Part shown: piece by piece, positions 15,979 to 24,897 of the stretch
Position numbering within the stretch: the first letter of the stretch is position 1
Layout of the letters: the number at the start of each line of letters is the position of its first letter
Assembly (NCBI GenBank): GCA_943354165.1
Contig: CALRBH010000001.1
Span: forward strand, 80,828-144,827
Direction: 5' to 3'
Length of the DNA: 64,000 bases
Origin: Candidatus Uhrbacteria bacterium RIFOXYB12_FULL_58_10
GTDB lineage: Bacteria > Patescibacteriota > Patescibacteriia > UBA9934 > GWF2-40-263
Notes under the pieces: model-generated
Database searches by the model: none
The model's input: the letters and a program-made list of their open reading frames with translations, nothing else
Told to the model about the DNA's origin: nothing
Made by a program: the position numbers and the translations under genes

Positions 15979-18330
15979 ATGAGAAGTTTGTTTTTGCTGG
16001 TTTTGTTTGCCATGATGCCCGCCTGCGTCGGCTGCGACGACGGGGATGGCATTCCCACCGAGGACGACTGCGATCCGGAGACGTCGGGTGACAATCAGGT
16101 CATCTCACTCTGCGGATGTCCGGACAACCCTGCCAGCCCTCCGGGCTGTGCGGATAATTCGGGCGAAGGCGAAGGTGAGGGCGACGGTGAAGAAGGCGAA
16201 GGCGAAGGTGAGCCGCTGCAGGAGTGTGTGCTCAACACCGAATGCGACGACGGCGAAGAGTGCACCGATGGAGAGTGCATCCAGATTCCTGTGGAGCCAG
16301 TGTGTACGCCCGGCGAACGCCGGGTATGCAATACGGGTCTCGACGGCGTCTGCATCTTCGGCAGCCAGCGATGCAAGGAGGATGGATCGGACTTCGACAC
16401 ATGCGAAGTCGAGACGTCTCCTGGCGAGCTCGATGAAGTCTGTTTTGATGGCATCGACCAGGACTGCGACGGTCGCATCGACAATGGATGCGCCTGTCCG
16501 GCTGGAGAAGAAGCTGACTGTGTCCTCCCTGCGCTCGACGGCGAATGTCGCCGCGGACGTATGGTGTGCCTACCGGACGGCTCCGAGTTCGGCGAGTGCG
16601 AGCAGGTCACCTTCTTTCAAGAAGAGATCTGCTTAAACGGGTTTGATGAGACGTGCGATGGCACAGCCGACGAAAACTGCGTGTGCTTCCCTGGGCAAAC
16701 CCAGCCGTGCAATTCAGGGTTTGAAGGCGTGTGTGCCGCGGGCGTCCAAACGTGTTTGCCGGATGGTCTGGGGTTTGACTCCTGCCAACCGCTGATCGCG
16801 CCGTTTACGGAACCTGAGACTTGCGAGAACGGGGTCGATGAGGACTGCGACGGTCGTCCGGATTCCGGATGTACCTGTTCGCCTGATGAACGGGCCCTCT
16901 GTGTCGTAGTGAGCGAGGTCGGACCGTGTTCTGTTGGAGAGGCAGTATGTCTTCCCGACGGAAACGGCTTCGGCGCCTGCGTCCAGACGGTACTGCCCGC
17001 CGCAACGGATTCCTGCTTCAACCTGCGGGATGACGACTGCGACGGCACGGTGAACAACGGCTGCGCGTGTGAGGCAGGAACCAGCATCGTCTGCGACACA
17101 GCCCTCGAAGGGATCTGTGCCTCGGGCCTGCAAACCTGTCTTGCGGACGGCTCCGGGTTCGACATCTGTCGTCCCGTGATCCTTCCGTTCGCACAAGCTG
17201 ATACCTGTGGCAACGGCGTCGACGAGGACTGCGACGGGCTCCCGGACAACGGGTGCACCTGCGATCCCGGTGATCAAGTCGACTGCGTTGTGACGGGGCT
17301 CGAGGGCGCATGCAAGATCGGGAAGGCGACCTGTCCTTCTGACGGCAACGCGTTCGGTGCCTGTACACAGACGGTCTTCCCGGCGGCGCAGGATACCTGC
17401 ATCAATGGGATCGACGACGACTGCGATGCGGCGACGGATGAAACGTGCGTCTGCCAGCCGTTCACGTCCCGTCCTTGCGCCACTGGCTTGCCAGGGGTCT
17501 GCAATGGCGGAAGCGAAACGTGCCGCGCCGACGGAACTGGATTCAACGTGTGTCAGGTGCTCATCATTCCCGGAACCCAGGCGGAAACCTGTGGCAACGG
17601 GCTGGATGATAACTGCAACACGGCGGTTGATGACGGGTGCGTAGTGGGTGCGGGCGTCCCTGGGACGCTGGCCTTTGATGACGATGGTGACTGCGAGTGT
17701 GAGATCGTCGCAGGCATCTGCTCGGGGTCTATCAACCCCGTGTGCACGGCGGTTACGGCAGATGACTGCGATGACGCTGCGAGAGTCAAAAGCTCGCTCG
17801 CCAACGAAGTCTGCGGTGGTACGGAGGACTTCGACTGCGATGGCTCGATCGGTGCCGCCGATCCGGACAGCGTGGCGCAGTGTGTAGGAACAATCAGCGT
17901 GAGTTTCGCGGCAGGGAACTTCACAGCCGTGATGAACGGCAATGTGACGGGAACAACCTTGAGCGAGATGACGACAGGCGCGGCTACGCTTCTTGGAAAC
18001 GTTCTGTTCCTTGAAGTCGGTGCCAACTCCGCCGGCTGCAGCTTTGATGCGACGAGTTCGTGTGGGCAAGTGGCCTTCGATCCCCTCACGGATAACTTCG
18101 TCAACAAGGCTCTGGTGTTCGCTGGAGCGATCGGTATTCCGACAGACTTCACTCCGCGGGTGCAGACGAACCAGACGGTGGTGACTCCAGGTACAGGAGT
18201 CGTGGTGCCTGAAGGAGCGTTCATTGATCTCGCCCGTTGGGGGGTGATCAATGGAGCAGGAGGCAAAACCTGTGCCGTATTGCCCGGTGGTCCACTGGGT
18301 GCGGCTCTGACCACACACTGCACGCCGTAG
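15979..18330 (+). CDS. large Cys/Asp-rich repeat lipoprotein (MopE-like metal-binding DxDCDG repeats)
   Basis: AGGAGGAGA SD; signal ending PACVG-C; GE linker; about 7 repeats of ~64 aa containing C.NG.D.DCDG..D.GC. Confidence 0.9.
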   Translation: MRSLFLLVLFAMMPACVGCDDGDGIPTEDDCDPETSGDNQVISLCGCPDNPASPPGCADNSGEGEGEGDGEEGEGEGEPLQECVLNTECDDGEECTDGECIQIPVEPVCTPGERRVCNTGLDGVCIFGSQRCKEDGSDFDTCEVETSPGELDEVCFDGIDQDCDGRIDNGCACPAGEEADCVLPALDGECRRGRMVCLPDGSEFGECEQVTFFQEEICLNGFDETCDGTADENCVCFPGQTQPCNSGFEGVCAAGVQTCLPDGLGFDSCQPLIAPFTEPETCENGVDEDCDGRPDSGCTCSPDERALCVVVSEVGPCSVGEAVCLPDGNGFGACVQTVLPAATDSCFNLRDDDCDGTVNNGCACEAGTSIVCDTALEGICASGLQTCLADGSGFDICRPVILPFAQADTCGNGVDEDCDGLPDNGCTCDPGDQVDCVVTGLEGACKIGKATCPSDGNAFGACTQTVFPAAQDTCINGIDDDCDAATDETCVCQPFTSRPCATGLPGVCNGGSETCRADGTGFNVCQVLIIPGTQAETCGNGLDDNCNTAVDDGCVVGAGVPGTLAFDDDGDCECEIVAGICSGSINPVCTAVTADDCDDAARVKSSLANEVCGGTEDFDCDGSIGAADPDSVAQCVGTISVSFAAGNFTAVMNGNVTGTTLSEMTTGAATLLGNVLFLEVGANSAGCSFDATSSCGQVAFDPLTDNFVNKALVFAGAIGIPTDFTPRVQTNQTVVTPGTGVVVPEGAFIDLARWGVINGAGGKTCAVLPGGPLGAALTTHCTP

Positions 18331-18433
18331 TGGTGCAGTTGGGATGATGTCCTAGTTACTTCTGCCGGCGGCCGCGATCTCCTCTCTGAGGAATCGCGAC
18401 CGTCGGTCTTTTATTTGGTACACTATGAGCGTT

Positions 18434-19975
18434 ATGTTGGACCTGCAGGCGATGTATGGCCTTACGGAGGAGCGGTCAAAGGGATTGATGGTGGTGCTCG
18501 CCATCTCGTTTGTTGTTCTCATCGGCTCCATGTCGTTTCTTTCGCCGGTAGCGGTGGTGGCCGGGGTGATTGGCGTTCTGCTGCTCGCTCTCACGATTGT
18601 GCGACCGCTCTGGACGCTGAGCCTACTCGCCCTCTACCTTCCGTTCGAGCCGTTTCTGCTCAAGTTTGCGCCGGACGAAGTGTATACGTTTGCCCGGTTC
18701 GGTTCCGAAGGACTCATCTATATTCTTGGGGGGCTCGTGATCGCGCGTATCCTCATGGGGCGTACGTCGAACGTTCAGACGCCTATCAGTCTTCCGTTCG
18801 TCCTGTTCTGCGTTGTTCTCGGCGCGTCCGCGCTTATCAATGCCGTGCCTCCGAGCATCGCCGTACTCGGCATCAGACAGATCATCAGGTTCATCCTGGT
18901 ATTCTTTATCGTCGTACAGCTCGCGCCGTCCAAGTCTTACATTTCAAAACTGACGATCGCACTGTTTGGGATTGCGGCGTTCGAAAGTTTGCTGGCGTTC
19001 GCCCAGCTCGTCATTGGTGCGCCGCTCGACACATTCCTCCTGCCGTCGGACACGCGCGCGATCGGCGACGTTGCCGTTACGGCCGGGACGACCCAGTTCT
19101 GGGACCCGGGCTCGCGCACGTTCGGGACGCTCGGTCGGTATGATCGGCTCGGAAACTTTCTGTTCATGATGCTGTTGTTCGGCGTCGGCTTCCTCACGCA
19201 GCAGGGGAAGCGCGCGATCTCTTTGTCCCGTAATCAACTTCTTTGGCTGTTCGCCCTCGGGTTACCTGCGCTCCTCATGACGTTCTCGCGCGCATCTTGG
19301 TTCGCCTTTCTCTTCGGCTTCCTTTTCATCATGGTGGTGCTGCTGCGCGATAAACGCGTGATGGCGGCGTTCGGGATTTGTGGGGTCCTTGCGGGAGCGT
19401 ACGTGGGATTGTCCGGGCTTAATGTACGGTTCATTACGGAAGCGCCGGGGCAGACCCTCATCGAGCGGTTTTACGAAACGTTCAGCTATGCGCGATGGCG
19501 CGGGGAATATTACGGACTCGGCCGCGTGTTTTGGTTCGTGCAAACCGTGTCAGTTGTCGTCCCCGCTGCGCCGATCTTTGGCTGGGGGCCTGGGCAGTAC
19601 GGGGCAGGGGCCGCGACCACGCTCGTGAATACGCGCGTGTATGACGCGCTCGGCTTGCCGTTCGGGGTCTATGGAACCGATGGGTATATCGATAACAACT
19701 GGTTCTCCTTATGGGGGGAAGCCGGAACGCTCGGACTCGCGTTTTTCCTCTGGATGTACATCGGACTATTTGTGTACGTATGGCGAGGATATCGCCGGAG
19801 TTCCGATGGGTTCACACGCGGGTTGTGCGCGGGGTATCTCGCCCTGCAAATCGGCGTCGCGTTCGCGGCGTTCCTTGCGACATCGTTCGAGACAAGAACG
19901 GTCGGGTACTACTTGTGGATGTATGCCGGGTTCCTCGTGGTGCTGCTTGAGCGTGAACGTCGTACGCCCGTATGA
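18434..19975 (+). CDS. O-antigen ligase/Wzy_C family membrane protein
   Basis: RTFGTLG, LMTFSRASW, PIFGWGPG, IDNNW.SLWGEAGTLG; start is 18425 or 18434. Confidence 0.85.
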   Translation: MLDLQAMYGLTEERSKGLMVVLAISFVVLIGSMSFLSPVAVVAGVIGVLLLALTIVRPLWTLSLLALYLPFEPFLLKFAPDEVYTFARFGSEGLIYILGGLVIARILMGRTSNVQTPISLPFVLFCVVLGASALINAVPPSIAVLGIRQIIRFILVFFIVVQLAPSKSYISKLTIALFGIAAFESLLAFAQLVIGAPLDTFLLPSDTRAIGDVAVTAGTTQFWDPGSRTFGTLGRYDRLGNFLFMMLLFGVGFLTQQGKRAISLSRNQLLWLFALGLPALLMTFSRASWFAFLFGFLFIMVVLLRDKRVMAAFGICGVLAGAYVGLSGLNVRFITEAPGQTLIERFYETFSYARWRGEYYGLGRVFWFVQTVSVVVPAAPIFGWGPGQYGAGAATTLVNTRVYDALGLPFGVYGTDGYIDNNWFSLWGEAGTLGLAFFLWMYIGLFVYVWRGYRRSSDGFTRGLCAGYLALQIGVAFAAFLATSFETRTVGYYLWMYAGFLVVLLERERRTPV

Positions 19976-21198
19976 CCGTCCTTCAAGCGCATAAATTTTA
20001 TTTTCCACGCGGCGGGGCGGAGACGTATCTCTTCGCGCTGTCCGAATATTTAGCGTCGCGCGGGTCAACGGTCGTTCCGTTCGCGATGCAACATCCGGGG
20101 AATCGGCAAACTCCATATTCGCACTATTTCCCTCGGTTCGTTCCTACGGAAAAAGTGAAGATGTCGCCGGCGGGATTGCGTACCGTAGGCCGGATGTTTT
20201 ATAGCTTCGAATCTAAGCGCCAGATGGAGCGATTGTTACGGGACGTCCCCATCGACGTCGCCCATATCCATAATCTGTACACGCAGCTGTCCCCATCGAT
20301 CCTTACTCCGCTCCGGAAGAGAAAGATTCCGACGGTGATGACGGTGCATGATTATCACCTGGTGACTCCGCACTATGCACTTCCGCTTGCCGGGCAGGCC
20401 GTGGACGTTTCTCGTGTGGGAGCATTGCGCGCGGCGCAGACGAAGTTTCATAAGGACTCAATGGCCGCAAGTTTTCTGCAAGCCGCATCTTATCGATTCA
20501 CCCGCCGCTGGAGATTTTATGATCGTGCCATTTCGCTCTTCATCGCTCCGAGTGAATTCATGGCGGCAAAACTGCGCGCGTCCGGATATGACAAGGATCG
20601 CATTCGCGTAATCCATTACGGCATCGACACGCGGACGATCGAACCTCGGTTCGGACACGATGGATATTTTCTGTTCGTCGGAAGGCTCTCGGAAGAGAAG
20701 GGGGTCGATACGGTGCTTGAGCTTGCGCATCGACTTCCGGATCTAAAGTTTAAGATTGTCGGGACCGGGCCAGATGAGGCGTTATTGCACTCCGTTGGCG
20801 ATCGACTTCCGAACGTCGAGTTCATGGGATACCAGCAAGGCCAGCGGTTGCGGGATCTGTACCTTGGTGCCCGGGCGGTATTAGTGCCTTCCAGGTGGGA
20901 GGAGCCTTCCGGTCTGGTTTTGCTTGAGGCCCAGGCCTGTGGAAAACCTGTGATTGCGAGCCATGCCGGTGGCATCCCGGAGGCCATGGAAGACCGCAGG
21001 AGCGGGTTTCTGGTCCCACCGCTTGATATCCACGCCTGGACCGAGGCCGTGCTGCGCCTCGCCTATGACGACCGGTCACGCGAAAAGATGGGCAGGGACG
21101 CCAGAACCCTTATGGAAGACCGGTTTTCGCTCAGGGCCCATTACGAGGCTGTGGAGCATGTTTATGCTGAGGCAATACGATTAGGGGGTAGTGCGTAG
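19972..21198 (+). CDS. glycosyltransferase family 4
   Basis: GGAE, FVGRLSEEKG, PSRWEEPSGLVLLEA..GKPVIAS..GGIPE. Confidence 0.93.
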   Translation: MTVLQAHKFYFPRGGAETYLFALSEYLASRGSTVVPFAMQHPGNRQTPYSHYFPRFVPTEKVKMSPAGLRTVGRMFYSFESKRQMERLLRDVPIDVAHIHNLYTQLSPSILTPLRKRKIPTVMTVHDYHLVTPHYALPLAGQAVDVSRVGALRAAQTKFHKDSMAASFLQAASYRFTRRWRFYDRAISLFIAPSEFMAAKLRASGYDKDRIRVIHYGIDTRTIEPRFGHDGYFLFVGRLSEEKGVDTVLELAHRLPDLKFKIVGTGPDEALLHSVGDRLPNVEFMGYQQGQRLRDLYLGARAVLVPSRWEEPSGLVLLEAQACGKPVIASHAGGIPEAMEDRRSGFLVPPLDIHAWTEAVLRLAYDDRSREKMGRDARTLMEDRFSLRAHYEAVEHVYAEAIRLGGSA

Positions 21199-21215
21199 TG
21201 TGTAGGGGGTAGGAA
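21181..21215 (+). repeat. G-rich heptamer half-array overlapping a stop codon
   Basis: TTAGGGG GTAGTGC GTAGTGT GTAGGGG GTAGGAA. Confidence 0.75.
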
Positions 21216-21290
21216 AAAAGGGCTCTATTTAGCTAAATAACTGTTGAAATGGCTTGACAAAAAGCCATTTTTTTGCTATTCTGCGCAGTT

Positions 21291-22463
21291 ATGAAAATCG
21301 CCATGATCGGATCAAAGGGGATTCCCGCCGCCTCCGGAGGAGTGGAGCGGCACGTGGAAGAGCTCTCAACGGAGCTCGTAAAGCTGGGACATGATGTCCT
21401 GGTGTATTCTCGTGCTTGGTATACGGGCGTAAACAAGCCTCGTTTTTCGCATCGCGGGGTGACCTGCGTTTCCGTTCCGTCATTGCGTACGAAGCACTTC
21501 GATTCCATTACTCATACGTTTGCCTCCATTGTGGCAGCGGCTCGTGAAGGGGTGGACGTGTTCCATATCCACGGCGTCGGTCCCGCTTTGCTTTCTTGGC
21601 TTCCTAAGCTGTTGCTTCCGTCCGCCAAGGTGGTTGTGACCTTCCATTGCATTGATCGCCATCATGAGAAATGGGGATGGATTGCCCGCTTCATGCTCCG
21701 CACCGGCGAATGGGCCGCAGTCCGTTTTCCGGACGCGACCATCGCGGTTGCAAAGTCTCTTCAGGATTACTTGCGCCTCACCTATGCCACCCACACCATG
21801 CATGTGCCTAACGGTACCCGCATGCCGGAGGGGGAAGGGGACGCGACCAAGCTCTCAAAGTTTGGACTTGAAAAGGGAAAGTATCTGATGTTCTGCGCCC
21901 GCCTCGTCCGTCACAAGGGGGCCCATGTTCTCGTGGAAGCCTGGAAGCTTCTTTGTAAGGAGCGTCCGGACCTCACGGACGGAATGAAGCTTGCGATTGT
22001 CGGAGGCTCGGCGTTTACGGACGGGTATGTCCGCGAACTCACGGAGCTTGCGAAGGGCGATGAGTCCATCGTTCTCACTGGTGCCCAGCATGGCGAGGAC
22101 CTGCATGCGCTCTTCAGCCATGCGTACGCCTTCGCCCATCCATCGTCTTCTGAAGGGTTGCCGATCTCGGTCCTCGAAGCGATGTCCTACGGCAAGTGCG
22201 TGGTCGCCGCAGACATTCCGGAATCGCGCGAAGTCGTGGAAGGCCACGGTCTCACCTTCAAGGTGGGGAACGTGGAAGACCTTGCCCGCAAACTCGCGAT
22301 GGTGATTGAAAGCCCGGACCTCGCCGCCTCCGTCGGGTATGACGCCCGCGACTTCGTGGCGCGACAGTACGACTGGGACAACATTGCCGAGACCACCAGC
22401 TACCTGTATGAGGCGCTCCAGTTCGAGCCTCGCGTACAGGTCCGGCCAGTTGCCGGGCGATAG
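21291..22463 (+). CDS. glycosyltransferase family 4
   Basis: MKIAMIG.KGIP..GGVERHV, ARLVRHKG, EGLPISVLEAMSYG; promoter TTGACA(21254)-17-TATTCT. Confidence 0.93.
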   Translation: MKIAMIGSKGIPAASGGVERHVEELSTELVKLGHDVLVYSRAWYTGVNKPRFSHRGVTCVSVPSLRTKHFDSITHTFASIVAAAREGVDVFHIHGVGPALLSWLPKLLLPSAKVVVTFHCIDRHHEKWGWIARFMLRTGEWAAVRFPDATIAVAKSLQDYLRLTYATHTMHVPNGTRMPEGEGDATKLSKFGLEKGKYLMFCARLVRHKGAHVLVEAWKLLCKERPDLTDGMKLAIVGGSAFTDGYVRELTELAKGDESIVLTGAQHGEDLHALFSHAYAFAHPSSSEGLPISVLEAMSYGKCVVAADIPESREVVEGHGLTFKVGNVEDLARKLAMVIESPDLAASVGYDARDFVARQYDWDNIAETTSYLYEALQFEPRVQVRPVAGR

Positions 22464-22466
22464 CCG

Positions 22467-22497
22467 AAAACACCCCCGCAGTTGCGGGGGTGTTTTA
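22467..22497. terminator. bidirectional terminator between convergent genes
   Basis: AAAACACCCCCGCA-GT-TGCGGGGGTGTTTT. Confidence 0.85.
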
Positions 22498-22504
22498 CGT
22501 GGTA

Positions 22505-22816
22505 TTATGTCGGCTGCATCCCCGTATCAGGAGGAGGTTCGATGTTGATGGATTTGGGGTTTGGGGAGAACAGTTTGTTCTTGATCTTCCATTGATCTAC
22601 GTACTGACCGATGCCACCTTTGTCCCGCTTATTGCGCACCGTGGTGGTGTGCTGGGACCACTTGAGAAGTGACTCGAAATTGATCTTGTAGCGCCCCTGG
22701 ACCACCACATAGCTCACCGCCCCATCGGTAATGGCCCGGCGTACCGTGCGCTGGGAAATCCCAAACAAACGGGCGGCTTCGGACACGGAAAGGCGGATGA
22801 GGGGGTTGAGAGACAT
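22505..22816 (-). CDS. excisionase-like helix-turn-helix protein
   Basis: LSVSEAARLFGISQRTVRRAI..G...VVVQGRYKI. Confidence 0.85.
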   Translation of the reverse strand: MSLNPLIRLSVSEAARLFGISQRTVRRAITDGAVSYVVVQGRYKINFESLLKWSQHTTTVRNKRDKGGIGQYVDQWKIKNKLFSPNPKSINIEPPPDTGMQPT

Positions 22817-22829
22817 AGGGTCTTTGTGG

Positions 22830-22874
22830 GGCTGTAAAGGCAGTAAGGGCTGTAAAGGCGGTAAGGGGATGAGG
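22830..22874 (-). repeat. nonamer tandem array in the 5' leader of the HTH gene
   Basis: Plus strand GGCTGTAAA GGCAGTAAG GGCTGTAAA GGCGGTAAG GGGATGAGG. Confidence 0.85.
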
Positions 22875-23003
22875 TTGTTTGGATACACCAGTGTAGCCAA
22901 ACAGAAGGACTTTCGTCAATCAAGGCTTGATAAAAATCACGATTTCGGCTAAGGTTAGCCATCGCTAAATATACATGTAAGACTTTGTCTTTTTCTGCAT
23001 CAT

Positions 23004-23546
23004 GTGTCGAAGCAACTAGATCAATTCCTTATTTCTCGGATCCGGGCGTTCCGCGACGAAAGCGCGTTCGAACGGATCATGGCAGATCATCATAAAGCTT
23101 TGCTTCGATTCCTTGAGTTTCGTCTGCCCTCTAAAGCCGATGCAGATGATGCCCTTTCCATCACCATGTTACGGACGTGGAACTATCTCACATCCGGGAC
23201 GCATGTAGAGCACTTGCCAGGACTCATTTATACCATTGCGCGTTCTGTGGTTGCAGAGTTCTACCGCTCGCGTCGATCAACGGTGTCTACTGATCTCTTG
23301 GAAGAAAGCGGAGTGATCATTCCGGATACGCAGCACACAAAGGGTGCCATGGAGGCACGAGTGGATGTTCAGTTCCTCGAAGAGAAGCTCAAAGAGCTTT
23401 CCGAAGAAGATCGAGATCTGATCGTGATGAAACACTTCGAACAATTGAGCACTCAAGAAATTGCGGACCGACTAGAAAAATCTGTAACAGCCACAAGCGT
23501 TGCCCTCCACCGCGCGTTAAAGAAACTCAGGGGGCTTATCGAATAG
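23004..23546 (+). CDS. ECF RNA polymerase sigma factor
   Basis: DESAFERI, ADADDA, LIYTIAR; region 4 LSEEDRDLIVMK..LSTQEIA..LHRALKKLR. Confidence 0.92.
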   Translation: MSKQLDQFLISRIRAFRDESAFERIMADHHKALLRFLEFRLPSKADADDALSITMLRTWNYLTSGTHVEHLPGLIYTIARSVVAEFYRSRRSTVSTDLLEESGVIIPDTQHTKGAMEARVDVQFLEEKLKELSEEDRDLIVMKHFEQLSTQEIADRLEKSVTATSVALHRALKKLRGLIE

Positions 23547-23550
23547 AGAT

Positions 23551-24693
23551 ATGACGGAGCGCGAACTCATTAAACTTTTGAACAAAGCAAAAGACCTCCC
23601 CCAATTTGGCGGAGGGTTTGATGCATCTGTTGAGACACCAAAAATGTGGGCGCGGATTGCCGGAGAACTCGGTTTTGATCCTGTCATGAAACACCGCGTC
23701 TACACCTGGCAGGAGTGGGCGCAATTTTACGTTCATAAATTCGGCGGCATGTTCCGCCACTCGTTCGCTTACGGACTTTCCGTATTCGCCCTCATGTTCG
23801 GCGGATGGGTTGCCACTGTTAACGCTTCGTTTGATTCCGTGCCAGGCGACACGCTTTATCCGGTGAAGCTCGCTACGGAGAAAATGCAGATCACGCTCGC
23901 AACGTCCACGGAGCGCCGCGCTAAGCTCCACACGGAGTTTGCTGGACGGCGCCTGCAGGAAGTGAACGAGATTTCCGTGTCCGATCGCGGCGACAAGGAC
24001 GCACGCATTAAGGAAGCCGTCGCCTCCTTTAAGACGGAGCTCGCCTCCGCTGGAGACCAGCTCGCGGTTCTCACGGATGGAAATTCAACAGAGGTGGCTG
24101 CTGTTGCCGCCGCCATTGAACAGAAAACAAACGAGTACGCTTCCACGCTCACCCAGGCTGAACTCGGAGATAACTCCAAGGATGATGTGGACTCTGCAAA
24201 GGAAGATGTAGAACGTACGGATGCCCAGGCCATCGATGCTCTCGTCGTCGTTCATGAGTCGGATACAGCTGAACCTTCGCGCGAGGCGCTTGAACGCTCC
24301 TTCCGTCAGGACTTCCAGAGTGTAAAGGACCGCTTGTCCCTCTCGCTCGGCCGGCTCTCCACGGTAGAACGCGTGCTTACCAACCTCGGTCGGATCGAAG
24401 CCTCGGAATACCGCGGACGCATCAACAAGGCCAGGGAAGTGATTGTGGGTCACGATCGCACTCTGGGCGGGTCTCAAGACTACGCTGCCGCCGGCGGATA
24501 TCGCCGCGCGTTTGACCTCCTGCGGATCGTCTCAACGGACGTGAAAGTTTCCGAAGAAATTATTGCCGCGTTGGAAATCGAGATTACGACGTCGGTTGCG
24601 ACGCAGGAGGAAGTAGCTGATGCCACGGACGGCAACCCCACCTCACCTCCCCTTGGCGAAGGGGAGGAACGAGTTCAACCCGCATCGTTTTAA
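23551..24693 (+). CDS. DUF5667-domain putative anti-sigma factor
   Basis: TM followed by SVPGDTLYPVKLATEK..RRLQE; directly after the ECF sigma gene. Confidence 0.8.
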   Translation: MTERELIKLLNKAKDLPQFGGGFDASVETPKMWARIAGELGFDPVMKHRVYTWQEWAQFYVHKFGGMFRHSFAYGLSVFALMFGGWVATVNASFDSVPGDTLYPVKLATEKMQITLATSTERRAKLHTEFAGRRLQEVNEISVSDRGDKDARIKEAVASFKTELASAGDQLAVLTDGNSTEVAAVAAAIEQKTNEYASTLTQAELGDNSKDDVDSAKEDVERTDAQAIDALVVVHESDTAEPSREALERSFRQDFQSVKDRLSLSLGRLSTVERVLTNLGRIEASEYRGRINKAREVIVGHDRTLGGSQDYAAAGGYRRAFDLLRIVSTDVKVSEEIIAALEIEITTSVATQEEVADATDGNPTSPPLGEGEERVQPASF

Positions 24694-24897
24694 AAACTGC
24701 ATCGGGCCCCGTGCTTATCTCCTCACGTGAGTAGGGAGATGAGCTCGGGGAAATCACCCGATAGCCCCGCAGCTAGTTGATGCAACGCAAGGTCGACCAC
24801 GTGTAAAAAACGTGGATGCATCAGCCTCCCGAGATCCGGGTTACCGGATCCGGCACTACAAAGGTTCACCTGGCTTACGCCAGGTATCTACTAAGCT

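Noticed and set aside
16714-18318. Long antisense ORFs (also 12338-13495, 13609-14541, 32379-33725, 43106-44254, 49977-51308, 55493-56518)
   Set aside because: Shadows of well-supported opposite-strand genes in GC-rich DNA, with no recognisable motifs.
22505-22816. Prophage or ICE suggested by the excisionase-like HTH
   Set aside because: Isolated gene with no phage, integrase or conjugation genes nearby.
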